From a candidate division FCPU426 bacterium (GTDB lineage Bacteria > Oederibacteriota > Muellerivitia > Muellerivitales > Muellerivitaceae), in the NCBI GenBank assembly GCA_963771075.1, contig CAVYSE010000003.1, positions 352,001-416,000 of the forward strand: a DNA stretch of 64,000 bases. The letters run 5' to 3'. Shown here piece by piece: positions 31,213 to 41,941 of this stretch. Numbering within the stretch: the stretch's first letter is position 1; every line of letters begins with the position of its first letter. Position numbers and translations under genes: made by a program. The notes below the pieces were generated by a model. The model saw only the letters and a list, made by a program, of their open reading frames with translations, did no database searches and had not been told where the DNA came from.

Positions 31213-32313
31213 TCACTTCGAAACTTGCTCACCCTCAGCAGGAGTCTTATTCGTGTCTAACGACCTTTTCAACTGATTCAGCGCATCCAGACGGTCTTGC
31301 CGGTCTATCCGGTTGTACCGTTTGAACATCGCATAGGTCTTATGGCCCGAAATCGACATGATAACCGAGTCGCTTACACCCGCTTTCCTGAGGTTAGTCA
31401 CAGCGCAATGCCTAAGATCATGAAACCTGAAATCTTTGATCCCAGCCGCGCGGATGGCATTCCAAAAAGCGGTTTTAATGTTCTTAATACGTTGGCCCTT
31501 ATGCGTGAAAACGTAAGGGCTCCCAAGGGTCTTCGGTATCCTTTTCAGAAGGTCGATCAGCTCCTCCGTTAAAGGAATTTCCCTTTTCTCCTGGGTCTTG
31601 GTTTCGGTGGCTTCCAGGATGATGACCCTGTTTTTAAGGTCCACCTGTTCCCACCTTAGGCCAAGAATCTCGCCTCTCCTCATGCCTGTCCAATAAGCCA
31701 ACTGGACAATGGCACTCAGGCGTGACGAACAACGGCTCAAGAGCGTCCGGTATTCTTCTTGGGTCAAAGTGCGGTCACGGGATATTTCTTTGAAACCCCT
31801 GACTCTCTGGATCGGGTTTTTCTCCAATAAACCATTGAAGACCGCCCGATTCACGATGCACTTGAGAACACCAAGTTCCCTGTTGACGGTACTACTGGAT
31901 AAGGGTTTTCCAGGATAGGCGATATTGCCCGCCTTCCTCCGTTGGGTCAAATAACCCTCAACTATATCGGGGTTCAAACTATTCAAGGCCCTATCACCAA
32001 AATAGACCTTGAGTCGATTGACCATAAACCGGTCGTTCCTATTGGTCTTCCGCCTCGCCTCGGAATAAGCCAAGAACGAATCAGCCGCCTCGTTGAAAGT
32101 TACCTCTGGTTTTTCCCCGGCTAAAAGTCTTCCAGCCAACATATCTTGCATGTGTTGAGCCAGAACTTTCCTTGCCTGGACCAAAGGGACAGGCCCTAAC
32201 CGGACCCTTCTCCTAATCCTTTTTTCTCCTTCCTTCAAATAGTAATCTAAAAAGAACCCAGCACCATCTTTTCGAAGGTATTGGGGTAATCCGTGGACAT
32301 TAGGTTTGCTCAT
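31213..32313 (-). CDS. int: Tyrosine recombinase/integrase
   Basis: TGMRRGEILGL, K, FRFHDLRH, SGH, RY catalytic residues. Confidence 0.95.
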   Translation of the reverse strand: MSKPNVHGLPQYLRKDGAGFFLDYYLKEGEKRIRRRVRLGPVPLVQARKVLAQHMQDMLAGRLLAGEKPEVTFNEAADSFLAYSEARRKTNRNDRFMVNRLKVYFGDRALNSLNPDIVEGYLTQRRKAGNIAYPGKPLSSSTVNRELGVLKCIVNRAVFNGLLEKNPIQRVRGFKEISRDRTLTQEEYRTLLSRCSSRLSAIVQLAYWTGMRRGEILGLRWEQVDLKNRVIILEATETKTQEKREIPLTEELIDLLKRIPKTLGSPYVFTHKGQRIKNIKTAFWNAIRAAGIKDFRFHDLRHCAVTNLRKAGVSDSVIMSISGHKTYAMFKRYNRIDRQDRLDALNQLKRSLDTNKTPAEGEQVSK

Positions 32314-32348
32314 CGCATCCTCCTAATGTCACAGGCATTCGTATTTTA

Positions 32349-32618
32349 TCACTTTTTATCGTTTCCATTCAAAGGTTCCCACGGCCCATTGTTTTTTGGT
32401 TGGTGAAAGGTTTTCTGGAATTCGGACAGCCAAACCCTAGGATGCCTTCCGACCTTCACGAACGGAAGCATACCCGCCCATCGCCAGTAACAAACGGTAT
32501 TTACGGATACCGCCGCCAACAAGGCCACTTCCACGTCGGACAAGAGGTAGTCCGGGTTGGCTTTCCGCAGGGCGTCCAGGTTGGCTTTCCGTCGGTCCCC
32601 TTTTCTTCGGTTTGGCAT
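32349..32618 (-). CDS. Excisionase-like HTH protein
   Basis: LLS..EVA..A.VS.NTV..W...G.LPFVKVGR; adjacent to int. Confidence 0.8.
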   Translation of the reverse strand: MPNRRKGDRRKANLDALRKANPDYLLSDVEVALLAAVSVNTVCYWRWAGMLPFVKVGRHPRVWLSEFQKTFHQPKNNGPWEPLNGNDKK

Positions 32619-32642
32619 TTTTTCCCTCAGCTATTTTCAAGA

Positions 32643-32940
32643 CTATTTCTCAGCAGAAGAGGCGTTCTTTTCCTTCTTTTTGAACTCCACAACCGCCGCC
32701 TTTTCAATTTCTTCCTTGGCTTTCTTTGTTGGCGTTACAGAAGTGGAAATACTCGCCATCCTTTTTGCCGGGTCTTGACGGGAAACCCACAAATAATCCA
32801 TCGCCATCCTTCTTCTTCACCAAAGTTAGGTCGTTGAAGAAGAACTCGTAACTAGATATTGCGACCTTTACGTCGAAAAACGCCTTGGTGTTTTCCCCTT
32901 CATAGGGGTACATCCTCGTCACCTTGATCTTTAAAGCCAT
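32643..32940 (-). pseudogene. SpoVG-like protein with a 1-nt frameshift near 32722
   Basis: Paralogue of next gene; removing one A gives NKEAKEEIEKAAVVEFKKK..., matching the paralogue C-terminus. Confidence 0.75.
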
Positions 32941-32971
32941 TTGTTGCCTCCGTTGATTTTTATTCCGCCCG

Positions 32972-33313
32972 TCACCTTTTCACTTTTCTCCTTTCTTCCC
33001 GCGTTACCTGGTCTTCCTCTATGGGCACCTGCGAGCTTTCCTTGATTTTCTTCTCGTACTCGGCGATTGCGACTTTCTCAATATCTTTCCGGGTATTCGG
33101 GTCCATGTAGCAAATATCGTGATACTCCCCTTCCTGCCTTCCAGGCCTAGAAGGAAGGCCCAGGAACAAACCATTCCCTTCTTTCTTTTTAACGAGCGTC
33201 AATTCGTTGTAACCAAAGACACGACCGGATATTTGAACCTTCGCCCCGACAAAAGCCTTCGTGTGTTCCCCGTCATAGGGAAACATCCTTGTTATTCTTA
33301 CTTTTAAACCCAT
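32972..33313 (-). CDS. SpoVG-like nucleic-acid-binding protein
   Basis: KAF...V......L.LV....GLF.G.PSR....GEY.DIC......R..IE..AI.EY pattern. Confidence 0.75.
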   Translation of the reverse strand: MGLKVRITRMFPYDGEHTKAFVGAKVQISGRVFGYNELTLVKKKEGNGLFLGLPSRPGRQEGEYHDICYMDPNTRKDIEKVAIAEYEKKIKESSQVPIEEDQVTREERRKVKR

Positions 33314-33353
33314 GTTTTTTCTCCTTTTGAAATGAATGTCCCATGAGAAACCG

Positions 33354-34826
33354 TTACTTCTTCGCCACCTCCTTGTCGGCCAAGGTGTTCCTGGCAAATT
33401 CCAAAGCCTCGTTTTTCGCCTTCTCATTGGCGGTCTCCAAATAAACCCACCAATTGGCGAAACCTTTTTTGGCGCAAAAGTTGTGGAGAATTTCCAGCAT
33501 CTCCGGTGTGTACTTGATTGGTTTTTGGCCGACATCCCTAATAACTCCCCGGAAAACCACCGTGTTCCTTCCGCCTTCCTTGGCGGCATAAAGGCCGTGA
33601 TCCGCCGCCGTTAGGATTCCCTCAAGATTGGTCCCATCCTCGCCCCATTCAACGAGTGCTTGGCTTATGGTCACCGGGTAATGGATGAGAAAAATGTCGT
33701 CCTTCTTGTGGTCGAACCCATCCGTAAAGTGCCGTATGTCCTCTTTCTGGATGATCTCATTCGCTTCAACAACAACCTTTTCCTCGCATTGCTTCCTGAA
33801 TTGCTCCGCTTTTTCCACTGCCTCTTCTTCGGTCCCGTCGAGCACCCAGACAATCTCCTCGCCCCCATAACGCCAAATCCTGTTCTTGGTGAAGATTTGT
33901 TGGCCCGCCTTCGCTAAAGCTTTCAAGACGGCGTTTCCGACCTGATGGTTGTAGTGGACATCGTTGAAGGATTTGAAAAAGTCGATATCGGCCATGGCGA
34001 CGTAAAAATGGTTCTTTCTGCGGGCGGCAAGGGCGGGTATCTGTTGGACCGCCGCCCGGTCATTCAAAAGCCCGGTCCTGTGGTCCACCAGGGTTTCCTG
34101 AACAAGATCCTCCTGCGTGGTCTGGCTTTCCGATTCGGCCCTCATCTCCTTTTCCAGGAAAGGGTCAAAAAGTTGGGCAAACACCCATTTGAGGGGTTTG
34201 ACTTTTTTCAGCTTCCCCAAGGCCTCGTGGCGTCTTTTCTTTTTAGCCATTTCATAAAGCCGGTTGATTTTGGGGTCCGAAACCCCGGCTTGCATGAGCG
34301 TGGTGCAAAGGGTGATGGTCCGGTGGAACTTACCGCTGGCGAAATGCGAAACGGCCAGGAAGGTCAAATAGTTGTAGTTTTTTGGATACCGCAGGCTTAA
34401 GGACTCGAACTTCTCAATGGCGGATTCATACTTTCCCGTTCGAATGCACAGTTCCCCTTCCAATGCCACAGCCTCGGGGAAATCCCTCCTCATGGAAGAA
34501 ATCTCCTTTAAGCTTTCCCGGCAATCGGAATAGAGGCCCATTTGGAGTTGTGCGCGGGCAAGCAGAACGAGACTTTCCGGGGTCTTGGGGGAAAAATTAT
34601 GGAGCCGGTTGATTACCTTGAGGATGGATTGGGGTTGTTTGTACTTGGCGTAAATCTTCGCGGATTCCAGGTGGGCTTCCACGTTCTGGGGCTGGTGCCT
34701 AGCTATCACTTCGTCAAAGAGCTTCAAAGCTTCCTTGAACCGGTTTGTTTCCATGCACAAATGCGCGGATTGAAGGCACCGCCTTGCTAATTCCGGGTTG
34801 ATTTGCAATACGTTTTCTTCCATCAC
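33354..34826 (-). CDS. TPR-repeat plus GGDEF-domain protein (GGEEI variant)
   Basis: D..TGLLN, DIDFFKSFND..NHQVGN, RYGGEEI, AD.GLYAAKEGGRN. Confidence 0.9.
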   Translation of the reverse strand: MMEENVLQINPELARRCLQSAHLCMETNRFKEALKLFDEVIARHQPQNVEAHLESAKIYAKYKQPQSILKVINRLHNFSPKTPESLVLLARAQLQMGLYSDCRESLKEISSMRRDFPEAVALEGELCIRTGKYESAIEKFESLSLRYPKNYNYLTFLAVSHFASGKFHRTITLCTTLMQAGVSDPKINRLYEMAKKKRRHEALGKLKKVKPLKWVFAQLFDPFLEKEMRAESESQTTQEDLVQETLVDHRTGLLNDRAAVQQIPALAARRKNHFYVAMADIDFFKSFNDVHYNHQVGNAVLKALAKAGQQIFTKNRIWRYGGEEIVWVLDGTEEEAVEKAEQFRKQCEEKVVVEANEIIQKEDIRHFTDGFDHKKDDIFLIHYPVTISQALVEWGEDGTNLEGILTAADHGLYAAKEGGRNTVVFRGVIRDVGQKPIKYTPEMLEILHNFCAKKGFANWWVYLETANEKAKNEALEFARNTLADKEVAKK

Positions 34827-35167
34827 AAAAGCCTTTGAAAATTGGTGACAAGGACTCTTCCATCTTCTTCCTTAGTTTCCATCAGATAAAAACAGATCAA
34901 GAAACTCAGGGAAGCCAGAAGAACAAGGGGCCAATTCGCTCTTGGTATCAGTTCCGGGGGTGCTTGCATTTGTTTGGGTTTCCTGAAAAGGGCGTAAACC
35001 AATGATTGGCTTTCTTCCGGCTCGCCCTTTTCCTGGACCTTTAGGAAATCCTCCAAACATCTCTCTGCTTTCTGGTACCGGTCCTTCTTCCAATAAAGCC
35101 GGGACATTACGAGACATCTCCTCGCCAAATTGGGTTTGATCTGAAATAGGATCTTTGTTTCATCCAT
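34823..35167 (-). CDS. Hypothetical protein
   Basis: Short ORF; N-terminus resembles that of the GGDEF gene (LQINPELARRCL) and C-terminus resembles that of the upstream gene (VTDFQRF). Confidence 0.55.
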   Translation of the reverse strand: MDETKILFQIKPNLARRCLVMSRLYWKKDRYQKAERCLEDFLKVQEKGEPEESQSLVYALFRKPKQMQAPPELIPRANWPLVLLASLSFLICFYLMETKEEDGRVLVTNFQRLL

Positions 35168-35169
35168 GG

Positions 35170-35784
35170 CTAAAACCTCTGAAAATCGGTAACAATCAGT
35201 TTTCCGTTGTCCCGCTTAACCACAACCACAAGGTGAAAAGGCAACTCGATCTGGGAAGAAGGCCCCCTGACGTCCGAGTTGTAAAGATTCTTCCCGATGA
35301 CCTTCACCCAATAGTGGGTCCCGTCCGTGTTTTCCACGCTCGACCGGTCGATCTGCTGGTAGGAGACATAAGCCTTGTTATCCGATAGAAAGGCGATCCA
35401 CTTAGGGTCCAGGAAAGCCTCCTGGTAATAGGACATCATGTTGTCGCTCATAAGGCTCGCCACCTTGTCCACTTGGCGGTTGACGTCGGTGTAGCTGATG
35501 TTGAAAGCCATGATGGAGAACTTCTCGGCGAAATCTGTTATTTCCCTGGTCTGGGGGTCCTTATCCCCTATGGGGGAACCTCCACTGGAAACATCCTTCT
35601 TGGAATCCACCACCTGGGCAGTCTTTCCCCAAAAGAGGGTTGAACCCAAACCACAGATGGCGATAACAAGCCCGATGATGATTTTCCAGGTGTATCCCTG
35701 TTTTTTCGGTTCCTCTTCGATGACATCAAGAATCGAATGGCCTTCCTCCTTTTTCGGTTCGATCATTTCATGCCGACCTTCCAT
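35170..35784 (-). CDS. VirB8/TcpC-like bitopic T4SS component
   Basis: N-terminal TM plus NTF2-like pattern; directly follows VirB4. Confidence 0.6.
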   Translation of the reverse strand: MEGRHEMIEPKKEEGHSILDVIEEEPKKQGYTWKIIIGLVIAICGLGSTLFWGKTAQVVDSKKDVSSGGSPIGDKDPQTREITDFAEKFSIMAFNISYTDVNRQVDKVASLMSDNMMSYYQEAFLDPKWIAFLSDNKAYVSYQQIDRSSVENTDGTHYWVKVIGKNLYNSDVRGPSSQIELPFHLVVVVKRDNGKLIVTDFQRF

Positions 35785-35842
35785 AAACCTTTTAGGGAGG
35801 TCGGTATAGTCCAGATATTCTTTAAAACTATTTTAGTTTTCA

Positions 35843-38416
35843 TCAGGGCATCAATACCTCTTCCGGCTTATTCACAACCGGCTGGCCGACTTTTTCCTTT
35901 TGGGCGGGTTTTAAGACCGTTTTGTTTTCCTTGTCCTCAATCCATCTTGCGATGGCCCCTAAAGTCGCTACTGGGTCCTCATCAGGCGCGTAAGTTTCCA
36001 GATAAAGGTCACGGACTGCGGCTTCAGGGCCGTAAGTGGTTGCGATGTGATAGGCCAATTCGTCGGGGTAGATGTTCACGATTCCCTGCCGGAGGGTCTG
36101 GTGGATCAGGGCTTGGGAATAGACACCTTTGACCAAATGCAGGTTCATCACTTTTTCCACTTGGTTGGGATTCAGTTGCAAAAGCCCTTTGGCGTGTTCG
36201 ATGTCGTCCCCGACCAGCTTTAAGAGGATTTTGGTAGATGTGTTCTTCAGGATGGCCTCAACGCCCTTCACCCCAAAAAACTCCCCGATCTCCTGAGTGG
36301 CAAAAATGGGTTGGAGCCTCAAATGCCGTGCGGTCTTGGCAATCCTAAGTAGGAAGGCTAATCCAGCAGGGTATTGGGCCAAGTACCAACACTCATCCAT
36401 GGCAAGTTGGGACAAACGGTTCAATTCCTTGTTCTGCTTGGCTTTTTGAAGGCAGTAATTGGAAATGACGAATACCGCCAAACCCACGGCCTTTTTATCG
36501 TTGTCGCTTATACCTGACGTGTCAAAAACGATGAAGGAATTATCCGCTTTGACGGTGGATTCCCTGTCCGTCAGGTTGGCGTACATCCCCTTGCCTGTGA
36601 AAAGCTTTAAGACTTCGGCTTGCTTGCGGCAGAGATATTGGAACTCGGCGGGAACTTTTTTGTCTTCGGCCTTCTTCAGAAGAGTTTCTTTGAGGTCAGT
36701 TAATAGGGGCACCCGGCTTTCCCCTATTGTGTTCTGATAAGTTAGTTTGACTGCCTCCTGGAGAAGGGCCTTGTCCAATTCCTCCGTTTCCTCGATACGG
36801 TTTTCTTTTATATTGGCGAGCACTACCCCCAGAAACATGACGATACTGGAAATATGTTCCGGGTCGATCTCCCCTTCCTTTTCCTTTATCTCATCCAGGG
36901 GATAATCGAAAATATTCAGGTGGTGTTTGCTGTCCAGGTCGTAGTTGAGGTATCTCCCCCCGGCCAAACGACAAAGGGTTTTATAAGATTGGGACTTGTC
37001 GATAATCATGACGTAGGGGTTCATGGGAAGGTTCTTGATGAGAAGCTGGTTGATGCTGAAGGATTTCCCCGTGCCGGATGACCCCACGACCAGCACGTTC
37101 CAGTTTTCCGTTTCCCTGCTCCACAGGTTCAAATGAACCATTTCGCCCGAAAGGGTTTTACCCAATGGAACCCCGTCCGTATCCGCGATGGGGTCATACA
37201 AACACGGAACAGCGTTTGCCATGACCGCCGTGGCCTGGAGATGGTCATGGCCCGCTACATCCGTGGCTTGTGGAATAGTTGAAAGAAACAATCGCTTCTG
37301 CTCCGCGTACCCGGAAAGGGGGTGGACGTTCTTGAACATCCGCGAAAGGCTCTCATAGCTTGAGGTAAGTTCCTTTTGGCTTTTGGAAAACAAGGTGATG
37401 TAGAGGGAGAATTTGGCGAGAGATGTTTTCCTTTCCGAAACGAGGGAAAGGACGCTTTGGCGGTAATCAAGCGCCGCCTGAGCATCGAAGTTCATGACGT
37501 TCTTTCGTTTCCACAAGGCCCCCTGGTCGCTTTGAATCTGTTTTTCCACGATGGATTGGGCTCGAAACAGGTCTACCCCTTTGATATAGAGGGAAACCTT
37601 GAAATCGTCGGTCCGCTCGTAAAGCTCCTGGAAGAAAAGGTTCTGTTCGTTGAAGGATGGGAATTCCGTCACATAGAGAGTTTTTCCGAAGGTTTCCCCA
37701 ACTTTGAAAAAGGTCGGATCGCTGAAATCCCAAGGGGTCGGAGAAAGCATTTCCCGTAGGGTTTGAATCCCATATTCACCCCCCGAATAACCCGAGGATT
37801 TCTTGAACCTGTCAGGATTCCCCTGGAATCTTTCGAGTGATAACTCCTCATATAAGAGGGTGATGATTTCCTCTTCGGTGGCTTCCTGGGGCTCCAAACC
37901 CACGATATTGAGCTGGGAAACCCAGGATTTCCCTCGCCGAAGGACTTCCTCAATAGGCATAACATCCCTCTCTTTGGCTTTACCGGAAGCTTTGGGAGGG
38001 GCGACCGTAAAGAGGATGTAAGACCTGAAATGGCAAATCCTTTCCTCCATATAAAACCGCCTGAGCCAATTCCTCAAAAACTCCGGGTATTGGTTCCTGA
38101 AAACTTCCGGGGCATTCTCGTGAATTCTTTCGTCATAACATCGAATGACGTCCTCGACATCCGCCAAAACCCTTTTGGTAAGGAATTGGACTTCCTCGCC
38201 GCTCCTCAAATCCGCCAAAACGGAATCCAACTTCCTGACTTTTTCTCCCAACACATCGGGGTCTTCCATCCACGGGTTTAACCCACCGGCTAGTTTGAAA
38301 AGACAGGCGTATTGGTCCGGGTTCCTCAAGACGAGGTAGCCCGGCCCCACGGAACGAATCCTCAACAACCCGGCGACAGGGTTGTTCTTAGGTTTTGATC
38401 CAAATAGATTCCTCAT
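35843..38416 (-). CDS. virB4: VirB4-family T4SS ATPase
   Basis: VVGSSGTGKS, IIDKS.SY, MDECW, K.ARH...ATQ; start at MRNLFG overlaps upstream stop. Confidence 0.92.
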   Translation of the reverse strand: MRNLFGSKPKNNPVAGLLRIRSVGPGYLVLRNPDQYACLFKLAGGLNPWMEDPDVLGEKVRKLDSVLADLRSGEEVQFLTKRVLADVEDVIRCYDERIHENAPEVFRNQYPEFLRNWLRRFYMEERICHFRSYILFTVAPPKASGKAKERDVMPIEEVLRRGKSWVSQLNIVGLEPQEATEEEIITLLYEELSLERFQGNPDRFKKSSGYSGGEYGIQTLREMLSPTPWDFSDPTFFKVGETFGKTLYVTEFPSFNEQNLFFQELYERTDDFKVSLYIKGVDLFRAQSIVEKQIQSDQGALWKRKNVMNFDAQAALDYRQSVLSLVSERKTSLAKFSLYITLFSKSQKELTSSYESLSRMFKNVHPLSGYAEQKRLFLSTIPQATDVAGHDHLQATAVMANAVPCLYDPIADTDGVPLGKTLSGEMVHLNLWSRETENWNVLVVGSSGTGKSFSINQLLIKNLPMNPYVMIIDKSQSYKTLCRLAGGRYLNYDLDSKHHLNIFDYPLDEIKEKEGEIDPEHISSIVMFLGVVLANIKENRIEETEELDKALLQEAVKLTYQNTIGESRVPLLTDLKETLLKKAEDKKVPAEFQYLCRKQAEVLKLFTGKGMYANLTDRESTVKADNSFIVFDTSGISDNDKKAVGLAVFVISNYCLQKAKQNKELNRLSQLAMDECWYLAQYPAGLAFLLRIAKTARHLRLQPIFATQEIGEFFGVKGVEAILKNTSTKILLKLVGDDIEHAKGLLQLNPNQVEKVMNLHLVKGVYSQALIHQTLRQGIVNIYPDELAYHIATTYGPEAAVRDLYLETYAPDEDPVATLGAIARWIEDKENKTVLKPAQKEKVGQPVVNKPEEVLMP

Positions 38417-38703
38417 GTTTCCAACTCGCTTGGTTCCCGTCCCGGAAAATAGTTCCTCGGTTCGTTGTTGTAGCGGATGATGTTTTCCAGGTGTTTCTCC
38501 GGCCAAAAACTTTTCATCACGAAATAGAGGGTGGCGAGTGTCAGGATTCCGAAAAAAATAACAAGAGACCCTTCCAGGCCCCAGAAGATCATGAAACCAA
38601 CGAAGGCAAAGGCATTTCCGATGAATACGAACATCAGCTTGTTGAAGTCGGAGGAATAAAAGAGTCCCCACATTTTGGATTCCTTCTCAAGGGGTATCGC
38701 CAT
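38413..38703 (-). CDS. VirB3/PrgI-like small membrane protein
   Basis: Two TM helices immediately upstream of virB4. Confidence 0.6.
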   Translation of the reverse strand: MAIPLEKESKMWGLFYSSDFNKLMFVFIGNAFAFVGFMIFWGLEGSLVIFFGILTLATLYFVMKSFWPEKHLENIIRYNNEPRNYFPGREPSELET

Positions 38704-40611
38704 TTAAGCCGTCCCCTTTTCATTTCCACCGCTGCCCCCCGGCTTTTTTCCTTGTCGTTCTCCACCGTCCTGCAACTTTTTCGCGTAGTCGGAAACAAGC
38801 TTTCGTTTGGTCCTTTCATCCGGGGAAAGATTTTGGTTGTTTTGGGAATCCCTCTTGAGGCTTCCGGCGATGATGTTGCCGGATGCTTTCTTGAGAAAAC
38901 TGGATATCGGGTTATCGGGGTCTCCGCTGGGCCTTGGCCTTCCGCCCAAGGCTCCAATCCGGGCAATGGTGTTGGCCCCCTTTGCCAACCTCTGGGCGGT
39001 CAAGGCACCGCTTGCGGACCCAACCCCCGGAATAACGGAACCGACAGCCGCCCCAACTGCTGTTGCCGCTGCCTGCCCCGTTTCGCCAGTGACTTTTTTC
39101 ATTCCCCCAAAAACCCCAAGCCTTGCTTGGTTAGAACCACCAACCGCCGCTTTGGTGTCACGGGTGAACTGTTTGTAGCCTTCCCCGCTCAAATTCCCTC
39201 CCTTGAAGGCAGTGAAAAGGGACGCGAATTCATGGGCGTTGGCGATAAGTTGAAGTCCGGCCAGTACCGCCACCGCCGTCAGAAGGCTGTTCACCCCGAT
39301 GGTTTCCACCCCCCAATTGATGTTCGGGATCAGGTAAAGTCCGACCAGGGTGATGGCCCAAATGACTGAATAGAGCAAGAGCTTCACGAAGTAACGGGCC
39401 GCTCCCCAAAAAATTGGAGCCGTCGAGGGGTGCCCCAAACAGCCGATGAAGATGGGGCCAAGAATGAACAGAACCCACAGATTCAACACCTGGAAGAATT
39501 TCGCAAAAATGACCGAGAAACAGACGATGAGCCCCCAGATGGCGACCCCACATTTCAAAAGTCCCGCCGAGAATTGGGCCAAACGGCTTGTCGGTGGAGC
39601 CGCCGCCGTATTACTCGCCGTCCCGATATTGGGAGAAGCCTGCCCCGATTGCTGGGGGAATTGAATCCCGTTATCCTGGATTAACCCTTGGAGTGAAAAG
39701 TTGCTTTGGGTCTGGCTGGGGATAACCGGCTGGCTTCCGATGGTATCTGCGCCCTTTGAAATGAGAACGTGGACAAGGGTTGGCATTCCAAGGATAAGAA
39801 TGATCCCGGCCATGGCCTGGAAAAACCGATGGTTCCCTTTTTCGGACTCCCCCGCCGAAACCGCCGAATAGCAGTTGTAAAAGCCAATCACCACCAACCC
39901 TAAGGCAACCAGATAAATAAAATCCCAGGTGATCCCCTGGACCGTGATGAAATTTCCCCGGTAGTCATACTGCGACAACTGGAAGGCGTTGTTCCCTCCG
40001 TCCGAGTTCAGGTCGATATTCTGGAAACCCTGCAAAACCCCCGATGTCCTCAATGTGTTCTGGTTGTAGATGTAGTAACCCATGGCCGTCACGCCGGTCG
40101 TCATGTAGGAAAGAATGGTCGGCCAGCCGAAAAGGCATAGAAACGCCCCCACGAATCCGATCACGAGATTTGGGTCCACAAACCTGTTCCAAAGGCCGGA
40201 CGACCTCTGCCCCGTGTCGATCACGAACCCCACGATGAGGATGAAAAGGCCCGTCCCACTGGTGATCTTCAGGAGATTCAAGACCACCTGGACGGCGTTT
40301 GCCCCCGTATTGCTTGAAAGGGCCGTGTAGGTATTGGGTGAGGCCAAATTCGGAATGTATATAAGGAAGGTGCCGATATATTTGTCGTAAATCCCGAATA
40401 AAGTCTGCAAGGCCCAATTTCCAATCTTATCCATCCCCTGGGCGACCCAATCCCCCGCGTGTTTCGCCATGGAATCGAAGATCCCAGCCGAGACCCCTTC
40501 CTCGATTGTCTGGGACGTTGGCCCACTATCCGTGGATAAAACCGAAAGGGCATAAGTCCTTGTGGCTCCCAATAGGAAAATGAAGATAAGGAGTGGAAAC
40601 CACTTAACCAT
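38704..40611 (-). CDS. VirB6/TrbL-like polytopic T4SS channel
   Basis: Multi-TM with LGPIFIG.L..P motif and Gly/Ala-rich tail. Confidence 0.75.
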   Translation of the reverse strand: MVKWFPLLIFIFLLGATRTYALSVLSTDSGPTSQTIEEGVSAGIFDSMAKHAGDWVAQGMDKIGNWALQTLFGIYDKYIGTFLIYIPNLASPNTYTALSSNTGANAVQVVLNLLKITSGTGLFILIVGFVIDTGQRSSGLWNRFVDPNLVIGFVGAFLCLFGWPTILSYMTTGVTAMGYYIYNQNTLRTSGVLQGFQNIDLNSDGGNNAFQLSQYDYRGNFITVQGITWDFIYLVALGLVVIGFYNCYSAVSAGESEKGNHRFFQAMAGIILILGMPTLVHVLISKGADTIGSQPVIPSQTQSNFSLQGLIQDNGIQFPQQSGQASPNIGTASNTAAAPPTSRLAQFSAGLLKCGVAIWGLIVCFSVIFAKFFQVLNLWVLFILGPIFIGCLGHPSTAPIFWGAARYFVKLLLYSVIWAITLVGLYLIPNINWGVETIGVNSLLTAVAVLAGLQLIANAHEFASLFTAFKGGNLSGEGYKQFTRDTKAAVGGSNQARLGVFGGMKKVTGETGQAAATAVGAAVGSVIPGVGSASGALTAQRLAKGANTIARIGALGGRPRPSGDPDNPISSFLKKASGNIIAGSLKRDSQNNQNLSPDERTKRKLVSDYAKKLQDGGERQGKKPGGSGGNEKGTA

Positions 40612-40974
40612 TCAATTTCCTGACAAGACGGAACTGACTGGCCTTGCTCCGAATTCACCGGCCTTGAGGATGACGACATTCAAAACAACTCCCGCCATGA
40701 GGATTCCCACGATGGCAAGGACGCTTCCCCAAACCCTATCCTTGGCGGTCATATCCCCCTTGCTGGATTCGGCTAGGTGGTCCAGGACGTTCTTGACGCA
40801 CTGCAAAATCTTCCAAAGACCATAAGCGTCCAATAAAAAAAGTATGATCGTCTTGACCGGCGATAATTCCGGCATACTGGTCAAGGCTTGGGGACTTGCC
40901 TCCCCCGCGCAAATGAATAGCCAAGCCGTGATCCCGACCGTCTTAATCCAAACTAACCATTTTCTTTTTCCCAT
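40612..40974 (-). CDS. VirB2-like pilin
   Basis: Signal peptide plus two hydrophobic helices upstream of the VirB6-like gene. Confidence 0.55.
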   Translation of the reverse strand: MGKRKWLVWIKTVGITAWLFICAGEASPQALTSMPELSPVKTIILFLLDAYGLWKILQCVKNVLDHLAESSKGDMTAKDRVWGSVLAIVGILMAGVVLNVVILKAGEFGARPVSSVLSGN

Positions 40975-40990
40975 GTTGAACTCCTTAAAG

Positions 40991-41941
40991 TTATTGTGCT
41001 GGCGGTGCCCCACCCGCGTTAGCGGAACCCTGGTTTTGAAGTGACTTTACGGTGACAGCTCCCAATTGCTGGAGACCAACGCTTCCCCCAGCTTGGTTCG
41101 TATTGGTTCCCGAATTTGTAAGGGCTGGTCCGGTGATTTGTCCGGCCCCTGCTGATGACCCAATTCCTTGTCCCGAGCCTCCCAAAAGCGAGCTTAAATT
41201 CGGTATCCCAAGGGCTTGTAATATCTGGGCCACGGCCATGGTCCCCAGTATTCCGCTCAAGCTGGCAATGACCGTCCCAACGATTTGGTTGAAGGATTGG
41301 GCCAATGAGCTTTCGCTTTGGGTGGGCTGATATCCGGGCGCGATGTACGGCTGTGGAACAGCGGCGACCTGGTTGGCCGCTTGGTCGGCCCCTTGGACGT
41401 TGCCCGCTTGCAAGGCCTGGGCTTCCTGGCTGTAAAGCGCCCCGACCTGTTGGAACTGGGGATCGTTACTTTGCTGCAATTGGGTTGAATATTGTTGGAG
41501 CTGGGACGCGCTTTGGGGCGCAAAAGCCGTCCCGGCTGTATTGGCAAGCTGTTGGCTCAAGGTGGAAAGGCCCTGCATAACCTGGGATTTGACCCAATCC
41601 GATTTCGAAGCTTGGTTGTATTGGCTGGCGGTAAAGCATTGTTTTTTCCGGGGACTATAAGCGTAATTTCTGGAAACCAAGGACGAACGGGCCACCTCAA
41701 CCTTTGGGAATTGGGAAAGTTGTTTCATCAGCCAATCCCTAAAATCAACCACATTTGCCTTCAGCGCCTCTTCTGTTTTGAGATCATCAGGATCGTTGGA
41801 GGCGATCACAGGTGGGTGGGCAACAAACAAAATGAGGAAGATTACAAAAATTCGGTTCATGCCAACCTTCCATAAAATGGACAAGGTTGTTGGTATTGTC
41901 CCGATTTCCTCATTCATTCTTTTCATTGAATATCGGGACAT
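40991..41941 (-). CDS. Secreted Gln/Gly-rich hypothetical protein (possible VirB5-like)
   Basis: Signal-like segment, helical Q-rich body, within T4SS operon. Confidence 0.55.
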   Translation of the reverse strand: MSRYSMKRMNEEIGTIPTTLSILWKVGMNRIFVIFLILFVAHPPVIASNDPDDLKTEEALKANVVDFRDWLMKQLSQFPKVEVARSSLVSRNYAYSPRKKQCFTASQYNQASKSDWVKSQVMQGLSTLSQQLANTAGTAFAPQSASQLQQYSTQLQQSNDPQFQQVGALYSQEAQALQAGNVQGADQAANQVAAVPQPYIAPGYQPTQSESSLAQSFNQIVGTVIASLSGILGTMAVAQILQALGIPNLSSLLGGSGQGIGSSAGAGQITGPALTNSGTNTNQAGGSVGLQQLGAVTVKSLQNQGSANAGGAPPAQ

